Positions 14,001 through 27,800 of a stretch of 64,000 nucleotides of DNA are shown piece after piece. Source of the stretch: Chiloscyllium plagiosum (Eukaryota); contig NC_057758.1 of the NCBI RefSeq assembly GCF_004010195.1, positions 2,108,029-2,172,028 of the forward strand. Reading direction: 5' to 3'. Numbering within the stretch: the stretch's first letter is position 1; each line of letters begins with the position of its first letter. The position numbers were made by a program, and so were the translations under genes. The notes below the pieces were generated by a model. It saw only the letters and a program-made list of their open reading frames with translations. It was not told where the DNA came from and ran no database searches.

Positions 14001-14830
14001 ATCTCCTTACCACGTTGTCAGGAAAAATCCCAGGATATGTGTCCTGCAATAGTTAAGTAGCCTGAGCGCCACTGACCTTATAACAACAGCAGGCAACACT
14101 CCTTCATGTGTACCAGCTATGTCATCAGAAAGGACAAACTGTATTATTGAAGCTGAGAGTTTGCACAAAACACCTGTCACGACTCCTCCACTCTTCACTG
14201 CACACTCTAAACTCACTGTACAGAATTGAGTGCTTCTTGTCTCAAAGTCGTAGAACTTTATCTGGCAATAGTCCTTCAGTGGTACATATCTCCTCATGTT
14301 TTAAAATCATGGATTGAGTGGATCCTGCATCTTATGATACTGTATTCTCTTTGCCTGTTGCATTTGACCTATGCGAATGAACTTTAACTTGGCAGTTACA
14401 TGGTTTAAGATATTCTGGTACTTCCTCCTTCGCCAAACTCTGAAGAAGTCTGACATTCTTGTGCAGTTTTCTAGCCTCCAATGTGCTTTCCATTATCACT
14501 CCAACAAAATCCACGGGCTAATCCTGTTTTCTTATAACTGGCTTCCCAAAGCTTTCCCTAACCCGCCAACACTTTGTTTTCATGCGAACTATTTTATTGC
14601 AACGAAAGCACTGGTGCATTTTAAAATCTCTTTCCTCTGCAAGGATTTCCTTCTCACTCGTGCTAAGTTATCCTTATGATCTTCAGTGAAATCTATCTTT
14701 CCCTTTCCAGGTGAGGCTTTATCTTTTTCAGAATTTCTACCCCTCACAGATTGAAATTGTATTGAAAGCCGAAATTTGATATATAGATACATTCATAATC
14801 ATCAGCAATTTCAGCTGCTAATCTTCCCAT
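11050..14830 (-). mobile_element. Gmr1-type Gypsy LTR retrotransposon internal remnant (gag-PR-IN-RT-RH)
   Basis: Minus strand carries integrase GLPIEIQCDEG (~13260), RT ATFQ..CVAYIDYLVIFS (11551-11844) and RNase H (~11100-11450). Confidence 0.85.
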
Positions 14831-16395
14831 TTAAGCTCAATGATCTTCCATATGGGAAGTGAAGGCCAGACGGTGGGCCCCAGCTGAAGGAGAATTTTGG
14901 ATGTGGTTGAAAGGGTCTGCGGTGCGGGGAGAGGCATAATTTCCAAAGAAATGAGCATGGAATTGAAAATTCATGTCAGAGGTCATTGAGCACTGTCGCG
15001 TGCCATGTTTAGCATATTTAATTTGCATGACAACATTTGCAAAAATAAACTGTCGTAATATGAATACCAAGCGAATGAGAACAGATGAAAAAACAGCGAA
15101 CTGAAATGGTATGGACCAATATGATTGTTAACAAACACAACCGCAGTGATCTATTTTCTTATAGTCTCCTATCAGTGCAATAGTAACATGCAAAGATATA
15201 GGATTATTTCAGAACCAATTCTGTTTTGCATTTCACAGACGTGATTACAAGCTGATGTCTTCTTCAGTAAAAGATATTTTTGAGAAAAACTTGATTACAA
15301 ATGAAAACAAGATGGTTAAAAATTTGGTGCAACCCGCCACGTTCCTGACAGATGAAGTCGATAGTATTTGTTTTGTGAGAAAATACTAATCTTTTAGCAA
15401 TGAAGGCAGCAGCTGGAAACCCTCAGTATAATGTTTCTCAGAATGAAAACACACGAAGAATCGATGCGATTCTCTGTAGAACCTGCTTAGACCAAACAGG
15501 CTGAGCTAACAGGCCCTGCAAAGAAGGTACTTCATGCTATCGTGAACATTTCTGTGGAACAGAATGCCCAACAGGGAGGTAGGTATACATGTGTAAAAAT
15601 GAATAATGAGAGAGAATTCATAAAATGTTGCAACATCGCATAAAAAGCTAGAATAGTTACTTCTATGCATTTATAAAAATGTTTCATAGACACCAGATAG
15701 CTGTATTGAAGAAAAAGAAATCATTGAAATGGGGAGACAGCGATACTAAAAACTGCAGGCCAAAATATCTGGATAGAATCATTTACCTATTAAGAGTGAT
15801 TGTAACCATTTAGGCCCTGAGAAAATTTCAGGAGACAGGGAATCACCTTATACCTGAAGCACTCAGTTGTTTGTCGATTGTCATGGGCCAATTACGTCAA
15901 TCAAAAGGTTTGATGTAGGTGCACAAATGGATATTGATTCAACGTAGAAGTTGAATCAGGCCGAATAGGCCGAAGAACAGCTGTCTGAAATTCAGCATTC
16001 GGGGAACACGGAGATCAGCTTGGCCTTGTGAATGCAGGAGTAAGAGCAGCTTCTGAAGTCTGAAAAAGGACAATCAGCAGAGTGAGAGAGTCTAATGGTG
16101 CAACAAATAGAAGAGCATCGATATCTCAGACGACTTTAGCCTTAAGCTGATTATAGATACAGAATAAATTGTCAGATGCATTTGGGACCCCAGAAGTTAG
16201 CTGGACTTAGTGAGAGCGTATTCCGATAAGAAAAAGAAAATTCCATTCTCACTTCGGTAGATTTTCCTCCTTATGCATAATTTTATTCTTTCAATCTTTT
16301 GTTTCATCCAAATTTAAAAAGAAATACGTTATTTGTTTAATGGCTGTGACTAATGTGAGTTTCGCAGCTATGTAATTTCCCAGAGGTTTTATGCA

Positions 16396-16403
16396 TATAT
16401 AAA
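16396..16403 (+). promoter_or_regulatory. Candidate TATA box of the GPCR gene
   Basis: TATATAAA about 80 nt upstream of the exon-1 ATG. Confidence 0.45.
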
Positions 16404-16482
16404 CGTTGACTCCCTTGCATTGCCTCAGCCTTGGCTCTTCAGAACATTTCAGACTGAAAGAAATCATTTACTCTCACACGAA

Positions 16483-16552
16483 ATGCGGAAGCCTGCAATT
16501 TTGCTAGTGAAAGAGATTTACTATCCGATACTTGTATCACTTGCTCTTCCTG
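16483..16552 (+). CDS. GPR139-like: GPR139/GPR142-like GPCR, coding exon 1 (MRKPAILLVKEIYYPILVSLALP-)
   Basis: ATG at 16483, 23 open codons plus 1 nt, then a consensus donor G|GTGAGT at 16553. The YYPIL..L.LP start of TM1 is typical of this family. The phase-1 junction joins exon 2 in frame (G|CC = Ala, giving LPANL). Confidence 0.88.
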
Positions 16553-17301
16553 GTGAGTTCTTTATGTTTTTAAGCTAGTTTCCCTAATTAAACAGTTTGG
16601 TAATATTTTACATCTCTGCAACAGGTGTGAATTGCTCCAAAATCTCTCAATCTTGGGCAGGGGCGCTTCCACTGCATCACAAGAGAGTATTGTGAATCGT
16701 TACATTCTCTCTGTGTTGAGTCCTGTCATCGTTATCGTGGTTTATTTCCACGTCCGGTCGTGATAAATTTCTTTCATATCAACATTTCATAATAACTACT
16801 TCTTGAAATCAAGTCCAGCAACGGCACAATGCCAAATTCCTGTGAGGTACGAATACCTCACAGTGCAAGGATTCTGTGTTTAGTTTGAAACACGGGCGAC
16901 TGCTTATGTGGATATTGCATGTTCTGCTGATGTCTGCATGCATTTCCATTGCTCGCTCGAGTTTGCCTCTCTCAGTTCTAGTGTGCTGGCTGGGTAGGTT
17001 ATGCAATGTAATGGCAGGCATGTGCCTGGGTCTGAGAGGGATGTTCTTGGAAAGTCAATGCAGACTCGATGGACTAAATAACCTGCTACCCCATAGGTAG
17101 TTTATGAAGCTTCCGTTACAATCTCTGCTTTGGCTTGATCCAATCTCCTTTTGAGCTGCCTTGTTCTCATTTACGAAATGATCCCAGCATCAGTTGAGTA
17201 AATATTGTTCTTTTATTGCTAACCGTGTAAAATTGACCGACATTATATTTCATTAGAATCTGACATTTGTATACTATTCGCTGCCATCTTTCTGTCCATA
17301 G

Positions 17302-18194
17302 CCAACTTGGCCACTATTTGGATTCTTGCGCAAAGAAAATGTGGCCTTTCCATGTGTATCACTGTTTACATGTTGTCCATGGCAACAACAGATCTACTGG
17401 TCCTGATCAACAATGTAGTACTGTATCATATCTTCAGCTATCATTTTCCTTTGTCATTCCTGTCCTACACTCCTGTTTGCAGAGTCATTATGTATATGAC
17501 TGCTCTCACTCCCGATTTGTCTGTTTGGTGCATTGTCTTCTTCACATTTGATCGATTTGTTGTAATCTGCTGCCAGAAGTTTCAAACAAAGTATTGTACC
17601 AAAAGAACCGCACTCACGCTGGTCATAACCATCACAGCTGTTATTGTATTGAAGGAAATACCAGTTTTGTTTGCTTATGAACCTGAACAAATAATTAATA
17701 AAGATCAGCGGGGTTGTCGGGCAAGTGCAGCTTTTTTTTCGTCTTCTGCAGGTATAGGTTATGTCTGGTTTCACATCGCCTGGGTCATTTGGATTCCTGT
17801 GACTCTGATTGTTTTGTGCAATTCATTAACTGTCCAACGTATTGTACTGGCGAATAGAACCCGCACTGAACTCCGGCATTTCAAGAATGGGAATCAAATT
17901 GACTCAGAAATAGAGAGTCGCAGAAAGTCCATCATTTTATTATTTTCAATATCATTATGTTTTCTTTTGCTGTGGTTGACAAATGCCGTCTGTTTAGGCG
18001 TTACCAAAATAACAAACACTGTTTATTACCGAGGAGAGTTCACAAACGCTAAGTTTATCGCCACGGAAGTGGGAGATTTCTTGAAATTTTTTAGTTGTTT
18101 TCTCAACCCTATCATTTATGCAGCGACCCAGAGCAAATTCAGAGCAGAGCTGAAAAATATAGCAAAATATCCCTGGATATTATTTCGGAGATAG
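17302..18194 (+). CDS. GPR139-like: GPR139/GPR142-like class A GPCR, coding exon 2 (TM1 end to TM7); full protein 320 aa
   Basis: Pyrimidine tract and acceptor tctgtccatAG ending at 17301. Uninterrupted ORF with hydrophobic helices, TM2 DLL, TM3 Cys (PVC), FTFDRF (DRY variant), ECL2 Cys, ESRRKSIILLF and NPIIY; stop TAG at 18192-18194. Confidence 0.92.
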
Positions 18195-18446
18195 TTTCTA
18201 CAGAAATCTACAGAATGAAGGTAGCCGAGCAAATGGTTCTGTCAACCAAATTTAGTTTCACTACTGAAAAGAGTTGTCATAAACATCTTTGTTTCTGGTA
18301 AAATTTCGATATGATAACGTTGATATTGTTAATGATGGTTTTGATTCTCGCTTCTCCTGTGTGGTCCAACCTAAGTGCCTCACTATATCTAAGCATCCTG
18401 GTATCTGTGTGCGCTTGCTGAATGTGACATGCCTGTATTGCCCACA

Positions 18447-18490
18447 AATAAAGTTTGTCAGGTACACATGGCGACAGCAAATTAAATAAA
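18447..18490 (+). terminator. Candidate polyadenylation signals of the GPCR gene
   Basis: AATAAA at 18447 and 18485, 250-290 nt after the stop, followed by T/GT-rich sequence. Confidence 0.35.
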
Positions 18491-19480
18491 ATTAATTTCC
18501 CTTGGATTTCACATAGCACCTTTGGTGTGCGCATTGTTTGGCGTTTTCTTCGGATTCTTTGTTGAGCAAAGACAACCTAAAAATAACCTTGAGTAAATAC
18601 AAAATGTAAATAGATTACATCCTACATCCTGAGGCCAAATATAATCTGAAGGTTGTGTACTTGAGCATCCATGTGGATTCCACGGCAGGCACTGCGATCA
18701 TAGGCATCTGTTTGAGACCACTAATCAAGTTTTATTTCGAACTTACCAACAATATGGTCAATGCATGGTTCACAATGATTATCTCAGAAACTGGATCGGA
18801 ATAACAGAAGTTGTATGCACATTCTGAGAAAGACTTCATCAATGAAAACATTGACAAAACACTTTTCCCACTACTCAACCTGTGGAGGAATCAATCCACA
18901 CGCAGTCTGTCAATGTCACCACACTTTTGTTTTTAAACCTTGGACATTGTTACGTTGCATTATCTAATTCATTAAAATGACAGTTGTTCAGCAGCATTTT
19001 TGGTAACATCATAAGGATTGAAAATGCTGGAGGAATTCGGTATCTGCAAAGACAGAGTTAACATTTTGAATACATTGACCATTTAAATAAATGATGTAAC
19101 AATGAAATAAAGGAATGGTTTACATAACCTTATTAAGAGTTCTGTTTGGTGTCAATTAACTGCAACGCAAAAGGAACATCACCAGATGAAATAAATATAA
19201 TAAAGTTATGTGATAATAAAATCAGAAATTGCATGAGGAGCTTAATAGCTCATGAAGCATTGGTTGACAGATATACATTTTATGTTTCGAGACCAATTAA
19301 TTTTCTTCAGTAGTATTCCAGCTGAACATATGCACTCTGGGAGAAATAAAAAGAAATTGCTCATCATCTGAGGTGCCCATTAACTCGATCAAGTATAACT
19401 TAAAAATTACATTTGCCTCATTGAAAGATTTATTGGTCGTCATGACTTTATTTATCAGGAACATTTGAGAAAGTGTTGAC

Positions 19481-19655
19481 ATGGTATGGTGGCTCAGTGG
19501 TTATAGAAGTACTGCTGCACAGCGCCAGGGACCCGGGTTTGACTGCAGTGTAAATGCAGAGTAATAAGGGGAATGGATTTGGACTGGATTTTCTTCAGAG
19601 GGTCAGTGTGCACTTGCTGGGCCGAAGGGCCTGTTTCCTCACAGCAGGGATTCGG
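19481..19655 (+). mobile_element. HE1-like tRNA-derived SINE, internally deleted
   Basis: A box tggctcagtgg, B-box-like gggtttgact, and CR1-derived tail gggccgaagggcctgtttcc. Confidence 0.75.
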
Positions 19656-19857
19656 TGATGCTGTCAGACCATGTGTTCACACTGGAAATAATGTGAACAG
19701 AATGAATGAACAGTAAAGTCTCGGAAGGCAGAAATACATTCTGGAATTAAATCTTCAATTGTGTCTGCATTTATTGAACTGACATGTGCACAAACAATAA
19801 AAGTGAAGCATTCATGAGTAACTTTCGGGACGTCAATGCTCACTGAAGAAAACCCCA

Positions 19858-20148
19858 TTAGACTGCACTAGTTACACTGTGGAAACAGGCCCTTCGACCG
19901 TCCGAAGAGCAACCCACCCAGACCCATTTCCCTCTAACCAAAGCACCTAACATTATGGGCAATTTAGCATAGCCAATTCACTTAACCTGCACATCTTTGT
20001 GATTGTGGGAGGAAATCGGACACCCGGAGGAAACCCACGCAGACACGGGGAGAATGTGCAAACTCCACACAGACAGTTGCCTGAGGCGGGAATTGAACCC
20101 AGGTGCTGCGAGGCAGCCGTGCTAACAACTGTGCTATCATGCCACCCC
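19858..20148 (-). mobile_element. HE1-like SINE
   Basis: Minus strand has the tRNA head, the core gtgtggagtttgcacattctccccgtgtctgcgtgggtttcc and the CR1-like tail. Confidence 0.9.
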
Positions 20149-20199
20149 ATTCCGTACGGACTCCATTACTGACACATATCGATCAATAGCTGACATTGA

Positions 20200-21520
20200 G
20201 CATTGTTTAGATTGACTGTTGAGTTTATCTGTAACGAGGGAGTTCAAAGATCAACAGATTTCCTAAAACTTGTGAATATTGTTTTGAACAATGAAAAGTG
20301 GTAACTTATCCTCTATCGAAGTGACAAAATGACTACCAGCTTGTAGGTTAACTTATTAGAAAATTCTGGAAGAAATATCGGGAGCAGTGAATTTAGCTGA
20401 CACTTTCCCATGCAAAGTCTTATGGATTTTGAAGTGTTACGCCACAAAGAATCTACTTGTGAAGTCGACCATGAAATGAGAAATAAGATTTCGAGAAGCT
20501 AAATCCCTTTTTTTGTTACAGGATTTGTAATCGATGGAAGAGCCTAGAGTTTGCTTTTTATTATAGGGTAATTAGCATTTTTTTGGCAATAATTGTATTG
20601 GAATTTGTGTTTTACAAAAATTATATTGATATTTGTTATTGACTGTATTTTTCAATGATTTTATATGTTTGTAATTTTAAAAAAATGCTAATAAATATAT
20701 TTACAAAAGAAAATAGGGCACAGTTAGCAGTTCAAAGGCATTTCCTCTCTGTGTTAATAGAAAAGTTAATGTGTTGACTGTTAGACTTAGGTAAATACAT
20801 TCTTACATGTTGTCATTAAACTGAGTGTCAAGGATTTATTTTAATTAACGACTAGCAGTCGCTGACAGGTGGTCTACAACATCTTTCATACCCTTTTGAA
20901 CCTTATAGGATGAAATGTTCTTCGTTTCACTAAACGTTCAATGATGGGAACCAACCTTGGCTTTATTACAAATTGAGGGCTTCTACATCATGTGCACGGA
21001 TTTGGACGGATCTGGGCAAATATGAACAGAATTAAAGTAAGTCATGTCCCAGCAAATTTTAACAAACTTTAGGAATAGGATCTTTCATCTTTAAATAAAA
21101 TTTTAGTGGGAAGTCGAACATATGTTTAATTTCGGTTGCTTGCTGTTGGTAGGCAAAGCTAGTGAGTTGTCTGTAGTGCTATCACAGAAGGTGTCAGGAT
21201 AACATGGCGAAGTAAAAAAGGCTATTTTGAGTGCCGATGAATTAATACCATAAGCATAAATACAACGTTTGAGAAATGTAAGAAAGAAACCAGATCAGAC
21301 ATATACCGAGTTTCAAAAAAATTGAACAGAGTAAAATCGATAGCTGTAAAACAGCATTCAATATAGAAAATACGTATGAGGCTCCTAGAGACATTATTCT
21401 GAATGAAGAGTTTAAAAACTCACTTTCAAATGTGGAAATAATCAACTTTAAGGAAGAAAAGTTCAAAACATAAGAAGAGCTGCAAAGATGCTAGATGGAT
21501 GGTCATTCATTCTTAAATTG
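20200..21520 (+). mobile_element. Truncated Gypsy element: LTR-like segment plus gag (SCAN-like capsid) remnant
   Basis: EVKKAILSA..L.P.A...RL and TYEAPRDIILNEEFKNSL are homologous to the gag at 35700-36000. Confidence 0.65.
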
Positions 21521-23344
21521 AAATCGAGCCTTCGATAGTAAGTTCATTCCATGAGGGATAAAACTGGGGGGGAAAACCCAGATCCATCAATACAAATCAA
21601 CAAGTAGCACTTACAAGGAATACTTTGTTATCAATTGTGTTGACAAAGTTGTCAATGAAGGTAAATCGATGGATGTTCCATTCCGCAGGCAGTACATTTC
21701 TTAGTTGCCAAAATCTGCACTGAAATCGTTTATGCATTTCACTGGAAGAAATAAAACCAAAAATACACTGACAATAGAACGATCAATCTTTCATGCGAAA
21801 ATAGTCATTATTTATCAATTTATAGTAAGAGATGCAGCTGTGTCACTACGAAGTTTAACTTTTAGTTCCTTCTTGCCAACTGACGCATGGTTCAACTGTT
21901 AATGCAAAGGTTGTAACATTTGCGGTTCTTGGTTTACAACTGGCTGCGTTTGCTGACACACTTGAGTAAGTGCATTATGCTTCACGAAGATGTTGGCCTA
22001 TGTGCCAGTGAAACGGATATGTTCAATCGTGAACAGGTGAATGACTGCAAAGACACTGAGAACCGTTTTAAAATGATATCTAGCATGAAACATAGGACAG
22101 AGTGTTCGACTGAAGATGTAGAAGTCCTGATGTCAGACGTTTGGTCATTCACTGACCGAAACACGAATGGACATGCAATGAAATTCCTCGGATTTTGTGA
22201 GGTAACAATCCGTCTAATTACTCTCACCACTGGATCACCACTGAGTTGCACCGCGCAATCCCACCCTCAATTTCCTATTTCTCCAGATTCTGCTGTTCAG
22301 TCAGTTACATTATTTTGACTAGCATAGCCCACAGGGCATTCTTCGCTCATTTCAGAGACACTGAAATGTCATTTCAAGAAAAGAAAATCATCTTACTCTT
22401 TGTGATGTCAGCTAATTTTTATTGTTGTCACATTTAACGTTAATCGTGAACTCTGTATGGTAACGGACGTATGGTTTAGGAAATTAGGTTCGGTAGCTAC
22501 CTTATTTTGTGCAGCAATTGAACTTCATACTCCACAGTCGCGACAATTACATTGCAATATATGTTGTAATCCAGACCAAGTTCAGGCAACAGCTGAAAGG
22601 TTTGGTAAAATATCTATTTTCCCAAATAAATAAATCAAATTCACAAACGAATTAGTTAATCCAGGAATCTCCCATTTGCAGCGCTGAGGAGGTTATCGCT
22701 ATGGTAACAAATCGAGCGTCATGCCGGCTTCCGAGCCTTCTCATGCAGGTGATAGGCGACAATTCAAAGTTTATCTCGACTGCGGAGCCAGTGAAAGCAG
22801 GCACTATTCCAATTGCTCTTCTCTAAATTCAGGAGAGACAGTTTCAGGTGACAAGGGACAAGAATTTAAGGCCTAACATTTTGGAGGATAGTAGAATATA
22901 ATTTGCGATTTTGAGGGCGTTGAGAGTGATCGTTCCAGCATTTGGCAAATTGGGTCTCGGATTCCATTAAACTTGAAGAGGGTATGCTGGAAGAAAGGTG
23001 GAGGAAGTGAGGGAAGACAGAAAAGCAGAGAGGGACAGCACTGGAGAATTGGCGATATCATGGAAAAATAAAAATGGAATACATTTTGGCTCGAGGGCCC
23101 TCCTGGAATTCTGCACAAGCATTTCATCAAACTTCAAATCTCCTGACAGTAGGGACGATCCAACAAAATTCAATGCAGTGTCCTGAGGGGTAAATGGCGT
23201 GGATTCAGTAAGAATTTGGTGAAGTAGAGCTGTGGCAGTAATTAGCAAGTGAATGGAGTGACAGTCAATGATGATTTAATTTGCTGTGGGCCACTTGTTT
23301 GTGAGTTGGTCATTTAACTGTCCCAAGGTGAAGCCAAACATCAT

Positions 23345-23760
23345 GCGCGTGTGTATTGTGTGGGTATTTGTGTGCATATATGCATGTGCGCATATTCCTG
23401 TGCGTGTGTGTCTCAGTGTGAGGGTTTGTCTGTTGTGTGTGCAGTTATGTGCTGTGTAAGTGTTTGTGATGCATGCACTTGTGCGTGTGTGCCTGTGCAC
23501 GTGTCTGTATGTAATTATACATATGTTTGCCTGTCTGATTGTGTGCGTATGTGTCGATGCGTATTTGTGAGTGTGTTCTTGCCTGTCTGTGCATATTTGT
23601 GAATATCTGAATATAGGTGCAAGCGTCTGAGTGTCCATATCGTGTGTGTGCATGTGTGCGTATTTCAATATGTGTCCATGCATAGCTGCGTGTGTATCTG
23701 TGTTTGTGTCCCTGTCTCTGTGCCTGTGCGTGTGTGCATCTGTGTTTGGCGTTGCCTGTG
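23345..23760. repeat. Degenerate (TG)n-rich simple repeat
   Basis: Long imperfect TG alternation; explains the spurious His/Thr- and Cys/Val-rich ORFs. Confidence 0.9.
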
Positions 23761-24859
23761 CCTCATTTTTAACCACGGCATACACAGTGTGCTCAAAGAA
23801 AATCATGTGCCTGCCTTCACAGAGTCACTCTCAGGAGAGGGCATGGCGAATGAGAAACGTTCTGTTATTGTTTGTTGTGTGTCTTGTTCTCCTGTAGCCC
23901 GTCAGTGCATTTTGGTTTTCTGTTGAATGTGATTGCATTCTGCATTTCGTTGTTTGCAAGCTTCAGAGAAATATAAGGAAACAATTCTCCCCATTACATG
24001 TATAATATTTGCGCCTTTGCAACGAAGAGTTTTAACTGGATGAACCCAATTCCCTTCGGTAACCACGAAGGCCTTTTCCAAACAGGAACCTGTCAATCTC
24101 AGTTTCATGAACCTGTAGGAGGCTCAGTCGTATTTTATGGCGGCTGCAGATACCCGCAGTCAAGTATTATTGAAAAATGCTCTACCCTCAATTGCCTCCT
24201 ACTTCTGGTTTACATACCGTTCTTGAGTGAGAGTTTCAGTGAAAGAACATAAGTTTTCCTTGTAAATCACTCCATGTCCTCACTACTTTTTCCCTCTGTA
24301 ATCTCCATCAGCCCTGGAAAAACGCTTTGCACAATCTGCCTTGCTCCCAGTTCGACCCCATTAGCTCCTTTGAGATCGAATGGGATCCAACACTGATTGA
24401 TGTACTTTACCTGCCTGAAGCTGAGGCTTGGGAGTTCGAATCAGGAAACTAGATGTTAACTTGGGCCAAAGATGCTCCTGGAATTTGGCAAGAACGACTG
24501 ATTACGTTTGAAATTTTCTGACTAAGAACATTGACTACAGTGATGGCCACGTGCTTCCTCCACACCAATGCACTGTCCATACAGCAGTTCTGTGCAGCAG
24601 CGTTTCTCTCCCTGCATCGAATCTCTGTTTTGTTCTACTTCAGATTCATGTGTATGTCATGTTTCACGTCTGGATCTTACTGCCTGGCCCGTTCGATTTA
24701 ACGTGCAATTTAAGTTGCATCATTATTTCACTCTTACAAATACTATTCTGCTGTGCATTGAGAATGTCAGGTTTTTCTTTATTTTCTTTTTTTAACGTGT
24801 GATTGGTGAAAGATTGTATTTTCTTTCAATTTATATTTATCAAAATTCAGACGAACGTA

Positions 24860-27800
24860 AACTGAAGATTTAAAACGGCAGGAAATCTCAGACCCTTGTT
24901 ACGCTGCTTATGCTCCTGATGTCCCTGAGTCCTTCACGGGTAGGATGAGTGTGCCATGATGCAGCGCCTATTAGAAAGCATGACAGTTCTGGAGGTGCAG
25001 ATGTACTCAATTTGGAGTATAGGCGATGCTGATGAGGTTGTGGATCGCAAATTTAGTGAACACTACGGATTAGGATTGCTGAGCGAGAAAGGGAGTGGGC
25101 GACCAAACCGCAGAAGAAGTACAGGAAGGCAGTGCAATTATCTTCTGCCGTCATCTCCCTCCAAAACAAGTGTACCGGTTTGGATACAGTTGGACGAGAT
25201 GACACACCAGTGAAAGGTAGCAGTGGCCAGGTTCATGGCACTGTAGCCGGCTCTGTTGCACAGAAGGGCAGGAAAAAGAGTGGAAGTGCTACCACCATAA
25301 GGGATTCAATTATAAGGGGAGTAAGATAGGCGGTTCTGAAACCGGAAACGAAATTCCTGAATGGGATGGTGCCTCCCAGTCCACGGGTCAGGGCTGTTTC
25401 AGATCAGCTGCGGAATATTTTGAAGTGGGTTGGTGAACAGCCAGTTGCCTAGTGCATATAGACACCAATGATTTAAGTAAAAGCCGGGATGAGGTGCGAC
25501 AAGCTGAATTTAGGGACTTAGGGTACAAGTTAAAAAGTAGGACCTCAGAGACAGTAATCTTAAAATTGCTGCCATTGCCACATGCTCATTCGCATAGAAA
25601 TGAAGGAACATGCACGATGAATGAATGGCTTGAGGGAGGTTTTCAAATGTTTGCAGCATTAGAACTAGTTCAGGGAGAGGTGGGACAACGACAAATTGGA
25701 CAGTCTACACCTGGGCTGATGGAAACAATGCATTTGTTAATTTTTTGGAAAAAATTTAATTTAATGTTGCATGAACATGTGAACCAAACGAGGAGGTTAG
25801 TGGACTGTATGGAGATTGGAATTGAAGCTTGCAAAGAATTCAGCAATTAACTCATCGGGACTAAGGGTAAGATTAAATAGGGCGCACTGTTGAACACAAA
25901 GGGATTGGTGATTTAAAAGTGCATTTGTGTGAAAGAAGTGACACAGGCAAGGTATTTTAAATTAGGGCTTGGATTTTTGCCTGGGAGTATGATGTTATTG
26001 CTATTAATGACACTTGGCTAAGGGAACAGCATGAGTGAAAACTTAATATCCGAGGATATCGATGCTTCTGGTGGGATAGTGAAGAAGTGAAAGAGGTGGA
26101 GGACTTGAATTACATGGCCAGAGATAGCTGTGCTGCAGGAGGACACTAAAAAGGACTCGAGCAGTGAGACAATATGGCCAGAGCTCAGAAAAACGCAGTA
26201 ACGACGTTGCAGCTGTACTACTGGCCTCTCAACAGCGAGCGCTAGATGCAGGTACAAATATGTAAAAAGATTACCGAAAGATAGCGAAGCAACAGGGTGG
26301 TGGGGATGGGGGATTTTAATTTTCCCAACTTTGACTGGGATTCATTAGTGTTAACAATCCGGATGGAGCAGAATTTGTATGGATGGTATTCCAGAACATA
26401 TGTAGATAATCCAACTCGGGAAGGGGCCATACTGGACCTGGTGTTGGGGAATAAACCCGACCATGTGTTTAAAGTTTTAGTACGGCATTGCTTTGGAAAC
26501 ATTGCAGGGAGAATAGGAGGCCTCAAAGATCAGCAATGCAGCCCTTGTGTGGAGCTACGGGAGATGGGGAGATAGTAAATGAATTTTCACTATCAGTCCT
26601 TAAAATTGCAAAAGACATGGAAGATACAGAATTTAGGGAAATAGATGGTGACATCTTGGAAAATAGCGATATTACAGAGGAGGGAGTGCTGCATGTCTTG
26701 AAACACATCATTTGTACCCTAAAACCTTGTGGGAAGCCAGTGAAGTGATTGTTGTGCCCATTGTTGAGATCTTTGTCTGATCAAAAATCACAGGCGAGTT
26801 TCCCGAAGACTGGAGGAGGGCTAATGTTGTGCCACTGCTCAGAAGGCTGGTAAGGATAAGCCAGAGAACGATAGACCAGTCAGTCGGACGTCGGTGAGGG
26901 GCAAGTTGTTGGAGCGAATCCTGAGGGATAGGATTTACACATATTTGGAAAGTTACGGACTGATTAGGGATAGTCAACATGTCTTTGTGCGTGGGAAGTC
27001 ATGTCTCACAAAGATGATTGAGGGTTTTGAAGAAGTAACAAAGCGGATTGATGAGTGCAGAGCGCTGGGCGTGATTATTCAGGACTTTCATAAGGCGTTC
27101 GACAGGTTCCCCATGGGAGACTGTTTATCAAAGTTAACTCTCATGGAATACAGGGAGAACTAGACATTTGGATACAGAACTGGGTCAAACGTAGAAGACA
27201 GAGTGTGTTGGTGGAATTTTGTTTTTCAGACAGGAGGCCTGTTACCAGTGAACTTCCACAAGGGTCGGTGCTGGGTCAACTAAGATTTGTCATTTATGTA
27301 AATGATTTGGATGTGTGCGTAAGAGGTATAGTTACTAAGTTTGCAGATTACACCAAAATTGGAGGTGTACTGGACAGCGAAGCAGGTTGCCTCAGATTAC
27401 AGCAAGATATTGATCAGATGGGTCAACGGGCTGAGAATTGGCAGATATTAAATTAGGTAAATGTGTGATACTGCATTTTGGGAAATCTTAGCAGGACTTA
27501 GACATCTAAAGGTAAGGTCCGAGGGTTTGTTGTTGAACAAAGAGACCTTGGAGTGCCTGTTCATCGCTCCTTGAAAGTGGAGTCGCAGTGGAATAAGATA
27601 GTGAAGAAGGCGTTTGTTATGCTTTCCTTTATTAGTCAGAGTATTGAGTACCAGAGTTAGGAAGTCGTTTTGCAGCTGTACGGGACATTTGTTAGGCCAC
27701 CTTTGGAACATTGTGTGCAATTCCGGTCTCCTTCTTATCGGAAGAACTTTGTGAAAGTTGAAAGGACTGAGAAAGGATTTACACAGATTTTGCCAGAATT

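Noticed and set aside
17307..17309. ORF-track start of the GPCR at TTG 17307
   Set aside because: It is an internal Leu codon just after the splice acceptor; the real start is ATG 16483 in exon 1.
23276..23926. His/Thr-rich and Cys/Val-rich ORFs
   Set aside because: They are translations of a TG/CA simple repeat.
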